Assembly: GCA_041736305.1 (NCBI GenBank)
Contig: JBGSTX010000001.1
Coordinates: 1-15,285 of the forward strand
Reading direction: 5' to 3'
Length of the DNA: 15,285 bases
DNA from: Oligoflexus sp.
GTDB taxonomy: Bacteria > Bdellovibrionota_B > Oligoflexia > Oligoflexales > Oligoflexaceae
Within the stretch, counting starts at the first letter, position 1. Every line of letters starts with the position of its first letter. The position numbers were made by a program, and so were the translations under genes. The notes beneath the pieces were generated by a model, which worked only from the letters and a program-made list of their open reading frames with translations, did no database searches and had not been told where the DNA came from. Positions 1 through 5,414 of the stretch are shown here, in pieces.

Positions 1-1416
1 GTCAATCTGCAAGTCATAGCGCTCAAGCAGCCGATATATATCTGCGCGATAACGGCCGGCACGCTTTGAGGTTTCAGAAATATTCCCATGTGTTTCACTC
101 AGCATCCACTCGAGGTAGATCTTCTCAAAAACCTGCTTAGCCTCGGTGAGAGGGAGCTGAAAAAGATCTTTGTCAAGACCGCTCGGGGTCTTGCTGCTGG
201 TATCCTTGACCTGCTCACTGTGAGGAGGGATATCAACCGCTTTGTACGATGGATGAAGGTGCTGGAAAAGGTCTTCAATGCGCAGGTTGTCATCCTGAGT
301 CAAGACCACAGCTCTCTCAATGGCATTGCGCAGTTCACGAATGTTACCGGGCCAATCGTAGGCGACCAGTCTCTTCAAAACCGAGTCGTTCGGCGTATGA
401 ATATTGCGATTGAAACGCTCGTTAAATTCTTTAATGAATGAATCTACCAGAAGAGGGATATCTTCTTTCCGATGACGAAGCGGTGGAATATAGAGAGGAA
501 CGACCGAGAGTCGATAAAACAAGTCCTCTCTGAAGCGACCGCTTTGAATCTCTTCGACCAAATCCCGGTGAGTGGCGGCGATCACGCGCGTGTCGATTTT
601 CACCGAAGTGGACGAGCCGATCGGCACCACGATTCTCTCTTGGAGTACGCGGAGCAGCTTGGCTTGCAAGGACAGCGGCATATCGCCGATTTCATCGAGC
701 AGGAGCGTACCGCGCGAGCAGAGCTCGAAGATACCTTTGCGATCCGCCTTAGCATCGGTGAACGCACCTCGCTTATGACCGAAGAGCTCCGACTCTAGCA
801 GGTTCTCCGGAATCGCCGCGCAGTTGATGGCTTCGAAGCGCTCGTTGGAACGATTCGAGATCTTGTGCAAAGTCCTGGCGATAACCTCTTTACCGGTACC
901 GGACTCGCCGAGAAGGAGAATCGTGGAGTCGACATCTTTCAACTGCTGGAGGCGCGTACAAAGTTCTTGAAAGACTTTGCTGCTACCGATCAAGCCGATT
1001 TTGGCAAATTCTTCAACGCGCAAGTTATCGACCCGCATATCCTGCAGCTGTATATGTTTAGAGATCTGACGAGCGATTTCCGCCGGCTCTGTGTCTTTGG
1101 TAATATAGCCAGTAGCGCCGTTCTGCAAAGCCCAGATCGCCGTTTCTAATGAAGCGTGAGCGGTGAGAATAAATACTTTGGAGAGCGGAGTTTTCGAAAC
1201 TAGAAAGGGCACCCCGTCGAGACCGTTTTCTGCACCGAGATTGAGGTCGAGCAAAACCGCGTCAATCGAGTAGCGAGAGACGATGTCCTTCATTTCGTCA
1301 AGACTGTGTGCCAAATCCACAAGATAACCCTCTTCGCTGAGAGCTAACTTCCAGAAAGCGCAGGTTTGCTTGTCGTCGTCGACGATAAGAAGGCGGCCTC
1401 GGTAAACATTCTGCAT
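1..1416 (-). CDS. Sigma-54-dependent response regulator (NtrC family: REC + AAA+ + Fis-type HTH); 3' end runs off the window
   Basis: Manually translated open frame from ATG 1416 to position 1 (472 codons, no stop). REC domain: MQNVYRGRLLIVDDDK...AVLLDLNLG...ILTAHAS...YITK. AAA+ domain: Walker A LLGESGTGKE, NCAAIPENLLESELFGH, GAFTDA (751-768), Walker B LLLDEIG, FREDLFYRL, WPGNIRELRN. C-terminal HTH: GNISETSKRAGRYRADIYRLL. Confidence 0.96.
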   Translation of the reverse strand, partial: MQNVYRGRLLIVDDDKQTCAFWKLALSEEGYLVDLAHSLDEMKDIVSRYSIDAVLLDLNLGAENGLDGVPFLVSKTPLSKVFILTAHASLETAIWALQNGATGYITKDTEPAEIARQISKHIQLQDMRVDNLRVEEFAKIGLIGSSKVFQELCTRLQQLKDVDSTILLLGESGTGKEVIARTLHKISNRSNERFEAINCAAIPENLLESELFGHKRGAFTDAKADRKGIFELCSRGTLLLDEIGDMPLSLQAKLLRVLQERIVVPIGSSTSVKIDTRVIAATHRDLVEEIQSGRFREDLFYRLSVVPLYIPPLRHRKEDIPLLVDSFIKEFNERFNRNIHTPNDSVLKRLVAYDWPGNIRELRNAIERAVVLTQDDNLRIEDLFQHLHPSYKAVDIPPHSEQVKDTSSKTPSGLDKDLFQLPLTEAKQVFEKIYLEWMLSETHGNISETSKRAGRYRADIYRLLERYDLQID

Positions 1417-1545
1417 GGTTATGCACTTTCGAGTTCTTAAGTTGATCGGTTCACATCTACTTATAGAGTCAGTCGAAACAAAAGCAGAAAGAAGATAGAA
1501 GGTGTTAGCATGCAGCGCCGAAAAATATAAGCACTGACTTCCCCT

Positions 1546-2187
1546 CTATGCATGACCCAGGGTTCCATAAAGTCGGTCACCTGCATCCCCTAGCCCAGGG
1601 AATATGTAGCCTTTTGCAGTCAGTCCTTCGTCCACCGAGGCGGTATAGATTTCCACATCGGGAAACTCGCGCTGCAGAAGATCAATGCCAGCTGGACTTG
1701 CTACGAGAACTAGCATTTTGATCCGACGTGCCCCGCTATCTTGGAGGTAGCGCAGCGCCCTCGCAGCTGTATGCCCAGTTGCCAGCATAGGGTCAAGAAC
1801 AAAGACCTCGTCATCAGCACCGATCAAAGGAAGGTTCTTATAATAAGCATGGGCCTGCAAAGAAAGAGCATCCCGTGACAGGCCAATATAACCGACTTTT
1901 GCTTCGGGACAGGCAGGCAGGATCCCATCGAGAAATCCAAGTCCGGCGCGGAGAACAGCTACTAGAACAATAGCCGAGTTGATCCGCGGTGCCTCGAGGG
2001 GCTGCAAGGGTGTTTCAATACTTTTGAGTTTGAGATCCAAGGTCCATGCGGCTTCATAAAAGAGCAGGTAGGCGATCGATGCCATATGTCGCCGAAACTC
2101 GCCATGCTCAGTATCCTGATCGCGTAATCGAGTCAGCTTGTCCTGAATGAGCGGGTGCTTGATGATATGTAGAGTTGAAGACGCCAT
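1546..2187 (-). CDS. upp: Uracil phosphoribosyltransferase
   Basis: Motifs HPLIQDKLTRLRD, VLRAGLG, PRPP-binding VLDPMLATGHT and C-terminal YIFPGLGDAGDR. Start moved from 2310 to ATG 2187 (MASSTLHIIKHP, 213 aa), which matches typical Upp length and N-terminus. Confidence 0.95.
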   Translation of the reverse strand: MASSTLHIIKHPLIQDKLTRLRDQDTEHGEFRRHMASIAYLLFYEAAWTLDLKLKSIETPLQPLEAPRINSAIVLVAVLRAGLGFLDGILPACPEAKVGYIGLSRDALSLQAHAYYKNLPLIGADDEVFVLDPMLATGHTAARALRYLQDSGARRIKMLVLVASPAGIDLLQREFPDVEIYTASVDEGLTAKGYIFPGLGDAGDRLYGTLGHA

Positions 2188-2363
2188 TAAATCCGTCGCT
2201 CTCTTAGGGTTGATGTAAAAGCCGGCAAAGATAACGAAGCTGTGATTTCTATTTATACCTACCCTCCTCTTGAGGCGGAAGGGATAAAGTTGAAGGCTGG
2301 GTTTTGCCACGAATACTTAAGCCTTTCGCACACCGTCGGGTCGAGCTGCGTCAGAGGCGAGGC

Positions 2364-2406
2364 TGTCTCAACAGTGATGCACCCCCCCTGTCTCATTTTT
2401 GAGAAT
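2364..2406. promoter_or_regulatory. Two tandem imperfect palindromes, candidate upstream activator sequences for a sigma-54 enhancer-binding protein
   Basis: TGTCTCA-ACAG-TGATGCA (2364-2381) and TGTCTCA-TTTT-TGAGAAT (2389-2406), 25 bp period, about 100-140 bp upstream of the predicted sigma-54 start site. Confidence 0.6.
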
Positions 2407-2480
2407 AGCGTCGAGTAAGAAGACTAACGAAGGGCAAGTGCGACGCTTAGCGTGCGACTTCAATACCGGATATCTGCAGC

Positions 2481-2496
2481 AGGCATGTCTTATGCA
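2481..2496 (+). promoter_or_regulatory. Sigma-54 (-24/-12) promoter for the BON / general-stress operon
   Basis: AGGCATGTCTTATGCA: GG(2482-83)-N10-GC(2494-95), close to TGGCACG-N4-TTGCW, 80 bp upstream of the BON gene start and correctly oriented. Confidence 0.65.
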
Positions 2497-2575
2497 TTAG
2501 CTAAAGCGCCTACGAGCCGAAGCGCTATCCTTAGACGCTGACGCAGTATCGGGGAAAATGTTCATGGAGGGTTGT

Positions 2576-2980
2576 ATGCAAAGCTGCTTGCGATTGATGA
2601 GAGGAAGCCTTTTAAGTCTTTCCTTAGGGGTTATTCTTAGCGGCACAGGATTCAGTGCTGAGAATGAGACAGGTTCTACTGCTGCTCCAGACAACACGGA
2701 GCGCAACAAAACCCACGACGGTGAACATGCGGTCACAGCCGACCAGCAAAAAAACAATGAGACCGACGTCGAGATCACCAGGAAAATACGTCGGGCCATC
2801 ACCAGCGACAAATCACTTTCGACCTACGCCCACAATGTGAAAATCATAGCGATGAACGGTGCTGTGACGCTCAAAGGTCCAGTGAAGAGTGAAAAGGAAA
2901 AGACTACAGTTGAAGCGGTAGCGAACAAAGTCGCTGGTACAGAAAAGGTAACGAGTGAAATCGAGGTCTCTGCGCAGTAA
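2576..2980 (+). CDS. Secreted BON-domain protein (OsmY-like, single BON)
   Basis: Signal-like N-terminus, then APDNTERNK...DQ..NETDVEITRKIRRAITSDKSLSTYAHNVKIIAMNGAVTLKGPVKS...VTSEIEV, typical of BON. GGAGG (2566-2570) favours ATG 2576 over 2558. Confidence 0.88.
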   Translation: MQSCLRLMRGSLLSLSLGVILSGTGFSAENETGSTAAPDNTERNKTHDGEHAVTADQQKNNETDVEITRKIRRAITSDKSLSTYAHNVKIIAMNGAVTLKGPVKSEKEKTTVEAVANKVAGTEKVTSEIEVSAQ

Positions 2981-3031
2981 CGAACTCAGCCCAGACCTAT
3001 ACTTATATTCAATTTTTGAAAGGAACATCTC

Positions 3032-3742
3032 ATGGCTAAGAATACAGCGGTTTTTGCAATCTTCCGTGATCGAAACAGCGTCGAACTAGCAGTTGATGCC
3101 TTGAAGAACGCAGGTTTCCGGAATACCGATATCTCGGTTCTCTTTCCGAATAGCTCTGGTACCAAAGATTTCGCTCATGAAAAACAAACCAAGGCCCCTG
3201 AAGGTGCGACTACTGGTGGAGCTACTGGTGCTCTTCTGGGCGGAACTCTCGGCTGGTTGGTGGGCGTCGGTTCGTTGGCGATCCCAGGAGTTGGTCCGCT
3301 GATCGCTGCGGGCCCCATCATGGCGACTCTTGCAGGAGCAGGAGTAGGTGGAGCATTAGGCGGCATCACCGGTGCTTTGGTAGGGATGGGAATTCCTGAA
3401 TATGAAGCTAAACGCTACGAAGGCCTAGTAAAAGACGGCGGGATTCTAGTTTCGGTACACTGTGACGACAGCAATTGGGTCAAGCTGGCAAAAGATATTT
3501 TCAGTGCGCAGAATGGTGAAGGCGTCGCCGCTACCGGCGAGTCGGACAACGTCATCGATGGCACTGCCACTGACAAGCCCCATCATCGCAGCACCGGCAT
3601 GGATTCGAGCTTGAGCGGTTCGAACGTTAATGCCAGCAGCTTCGATAGCAATCCGACTCTAAGCTCTGACCCGAGCTCACGTGGCAGCAGCAGGGATCGC
3701 CTCGATGACGATCGCATTACTCGTCCTAATTCTCTCCTCTAG
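3032..3742 (+). CDS. General stress membrane protein (YflT/17M-like N-terminus plus glycine zipper; often labelled DUF3341-like) with a Ser/Asp-rich tail
   Basis: AVFAIF...AVDALKNAGFRNTDISVL, TKAPEGATTGG, GxxxG-rich LAIPGVGPLIAAGPIMATLAG, GMGIPEYEAKRYE...GGILVSVH. RBS AAGGA upstream; 51 bp after the BON gene. Confidence 0.85.
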   Translation: MAKNTAVFAIFRDRNSVELAVDALKNAGFRNTDISVLFPNSSGTKDFAHEKQTKAPEGATTGGATGALLGGTLGWLVGVGSLAIPGVGPLIAAGPIMATLAGAGVGGALGGITGALVGMGIPEYEAKRYEGLVKDGGILVSVHCDDSNWVKLAKDIFSAQNGEGVAATGESDNVIDGTATDKPHHRSTGMDSSLSGSNVNASSFDSNPTLSSDPSSRGSSRDRLDDDRITRPNSLL

Positions 3743-3768
3743 GCTTAAATATACTGTGATCGAATAGG

Positions 3769-3803
3769 AAAAGAGCTAGTCCCCAAAGGGACTAGCTCTT
3801 TTT
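3769..3803. terminator. Bidirectional rho-independent terminator
   Basis: AAAAGAGCTAGTCCC-CAAA-GGGACTAGCTCTTTTT, a perfect stem with A/T tails on both sides, between convergent genes. Confidence 0.9.
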
Positions 3804-3877
3804 CATTGTCTTTGTCTTCATTAGGGCGAAAGCCTCAGGGCCTTTTTAGAGGGCCCCGCAGCGCAGGGGTCAAGATA

Positions 3878-4162
3878 TTAATGACGAGTCTGCGTAATCT
3901 TTGCCATGACAAACCCCAAGCCCAGCGCACTGAGTAGGTACATGTAAGGGTTAGTACGGATATGGTCATTGACTTGAACGGCGCGGTCTTTGACCTGCTG
4001 CGACAGATCTTCTAAACGAACCGAAAGATTTTCGATTTGATCCTGCAAGTAGACACGAGCGTCATCGCTGAGGTGCCCGGCATTATCGCGAATAGTTTCA
4101 ACGCCTTTTTGAACGGAATCTTTAGTCGTTTGAATGAGATCACTAGCGGTATTCTGTTCCAT
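3878..4162 (-). CDS. DUF883 / ElaB-YqjD-YgaM-like tail-anchored membrane protein
   Basis: 94 aa from ATG 4162 with strong RBS AAAGGAGGAG. Helical hydrophilic body ending in the family-type HIRTNPYMYLLSALGLGFVMAK transmembrane anchor with a basic tail. Confidence 0.8.
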   Translation of the reverse strand: MEQNTASDLIQTTKDSVQKGVETIRDNAGHLSDDARVYLQDQIENLSVRLEDLSQQVKDRAVQVNDHIRTNPYMYLLSALGLGFVMAKITQTRH

Positions 4163-4241
4163 TCTATTTTCTCCTCCTTTTGACGCGAGAAAAGCGCCTT
4201 GCCTCAAGGCGCCTGCTCGTGTGTTACAGGCTATAAGGACT

Positions 4242-4257
4242 TGCAAACATCTTGCCA
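4242..4257 (-). promoter_or_regulatory. Sigma-54 (-24/-12) promoter for the DUF883 gene
   Basis: Minus strand TGGCAAGATGTTTGCA = TGGCA-N6-TTGCA with exact GG-N10-GC spacing, 80 bp upstream of ATG 4162. Confidence 0.8.
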
Positions 4258-4357
4258 GTATCACGAAGCTAAAATCGCAGAAATTTAAATAAGACCACTA
4301 TGCCCGCTTGAGCTTTGCCCTCAGAGGTCAAAAAATTACGTTTTTCGGGCAATTTGT

Positions 4358-4387
4358 AAAATATTGTTATTATTTACTTTTTGTCAA
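4358..4387 (-). promoter_or_regulatory. Possible sigma-70 promoter towards the DUF883 gene
   Basis: Minus strand TTGACA (4387-4382) -N18- TATTTT (4363-4358) in an AT-rich tract; the -10 box is only 4/6. Confidence 0.35.
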
Positions 4388-4391
4388 TGGT

Positions 4392-4418
4392 TAAAGAATT
4401 TGGCCAATATGCCGATAA
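4392..4418 (+). promoter_or_regulatory. Sigma-28 (FliA/SigD) promoter
   Basis: TAAA (4392-95) -N15- GCCGATAA (4411-18), an exact match to the established FliA consensus, 42 bp upstream of ATG 4461. Confidence 0.85.
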
Positions 4419-4460
4419 GACTTTGCGCTTATTTAGAAATCAGTTATGGGAAGGGGGCCT

Positions 4461-4649
4461 ATGTTGGATTTAAGCCTGTCAGTCATCCAGTATATCTTTT
4501 CATCTGTTTGGGATTTGGCTAGCAGAATTTTTGCACCAGCAGCTTTAGGATTCGTTTTTCTAGCATTTATTCCCTTTGCAGTGCTGATCGGCTGTATCTC
4601 AGCTACGGCTCGCCGGGTTCGTTCCTTAGCTCCGCAAAGCGCACCCTAA
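4461..4649 (+). CDS. Small hypothetical membrane protein (62 aa)
   Basis: G-rich RBS GGAAGGGGG before ATG 4461; hydrophobic segment IFAPAALGFVFLAFIPFAVLIGCISA followed by basic RRVR; framed by a sigma-28 promoter and a terminator hairpin. Confidence 0.65.
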   Translation: MLDLSLSVIQYIFSSVWDLASRIFAPAALGFVFLAFIPFAVLIGCISATARRVRSLAPQSAP

Positions 4650-4673
4650 TATAGAGTAAAAGAAAACCTAAAT

Positions 4674-4711
4674 GCGAAGTCCTACCCAGCTGATGCTGAG
4701 TAGGACTTCGC
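4674..4711. terminator. Long hairpin between convergent genes, likely terminator
   Basis: GCGAAGTCCTACCCAGC-TGAT-GCTGAGTAGGACTTCGC: 17-bp stem with one C/A mismatch that is a G-U pair on the minus strand; T-rich sequence follows on the minus strand. Confidence 0.75.
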
Positions 4712-4732
4712 CTCTTTCCAGAGCCTTAAAAC

Positions 4733-5185
4733 TTACTCAGCAATTAATTTGCTAACAACGTCGACGTATTTTTGAGCCTCTGGCCGCGGTGAATAACAAG
4801 CCTCACCTTTGACCACGTTGGCCAAGACGTCTTTGATCAGTAGAACTTTGGCTTTGTACTCGGCATCCGTAGGAGCGAGGTCTTGCACGGCAGGAGTCTC
4901 ATCAAGAGCTTTGTCTGCGACAAATTCAGAGTGAAGATTGCCCGTGATCAGGTCAAGTGTAAGCGTAGTTTGGGTACGCTGATAAAAGGAAAGGGATTGC
5001 CAAGTCAGCTGTGATTCGTTCACGCTTACAGAGTATGAAGGAGCATGGTGGCTACAATAGCCGAAAGAAAAATTCTCCGTGACTCGCGTTGCCACACCGT
5101 CAGCTTCAGCAGGTGAAGATCCCACCCAAGCAAAACTGCTAAGTAGCATGAGACTCCGAAGCAAATAACTCGCTGAATTTGTCAT
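4733..5185 (-). CDS. Secreted hypothetical protein (150 aa)
   Basis: RBS AGGAG 7 nt before ATG 5185; signal-peptide-like N-terminus ending in AEA-D; two Cys in the mature part; no family recognised. Confidence 0.75.
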   Translation of the reverse strand: MTNSASYLLRSLMLLSSFAWVGSSPAEADGVATRVTENFSFGYCSHHAPSYSVSVNESQLTWQSLSFYQRTQTTLTLDLITGNLHSEFVADKALDETPAVQDLAPTDAEYKAKVLLIKDVLANVVKGEACYSPRPEAQKYVDVVSKLIAE

Positions 5186-5340
5186 GAGCAAACTCCTATT
5201 TTTATCTAAAGTCGAAAAATTTTTCTTAGCGACAGCACCTCAAAAAATCCTCTCGCGCAATGCCTATTCCTCAGAAACGATCGAACAGCGAGGGGGCGAT
5301 GTAACTATGTCATCAAAACCACAATACGCAAACTAAAAAC

Positions 5341-5368
5341 CTCAAGCAATCTAAGCAAATTGCCTGAG
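5341..5368 (-). terminator. Putative terminator downstream of the cti-like gene
   Basis: Minus strand CTCAGGCAAT-TTGCTTAG-ATTGCTTGAG followed by GTTTTT, 46 bp after the stop at 5415. Confidence 0.55.
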
Positions 5369-5414
5369 CTAAACTTCTTTTTGGAATGAACTGGCGACGC
5401 GACCGATCTTTTTA

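Noticed and set aside
88-1149. Plus-strand ORFs 88-441, 472-798, 572-778, 865-1149 and minus-strand 99-293
   Set aside because: Shadow frames of the sigma-54 regulator, which has all family motifs on the minus strand.
1412-1425. Palindrome TGCAT-GGTT-ATGCA over the regulator start codon (possible autoregulatory site or hairpin)
   Set aside because: Only 5-bp arms, it does not match the TGTC-type sites, and it is compatible with chance.
2188-2310. 41-aa N-terminal extension of Upp in the ORF track (similar extensions on the DUF883, TerC and NuoM ORFs)
   Set aside because: Longest-ORF artefacts; downstream ATGs have an RBS or stop-start overlap and match family N-termini.
3825-3871. GC-rich short inverted repeats after the terminator (REP-like?)
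   Set aside because: Imperfect and single-copy in the window; no repeat family can be supported.
4461-4711. Type I toxin-antitoxin interpretation of the small hydrophobic ORF
   Set aside because: No identifiable antisense RNA promoter or SD-sequestering leader; the FliA promoter suggests an ordinary regulated small protein.
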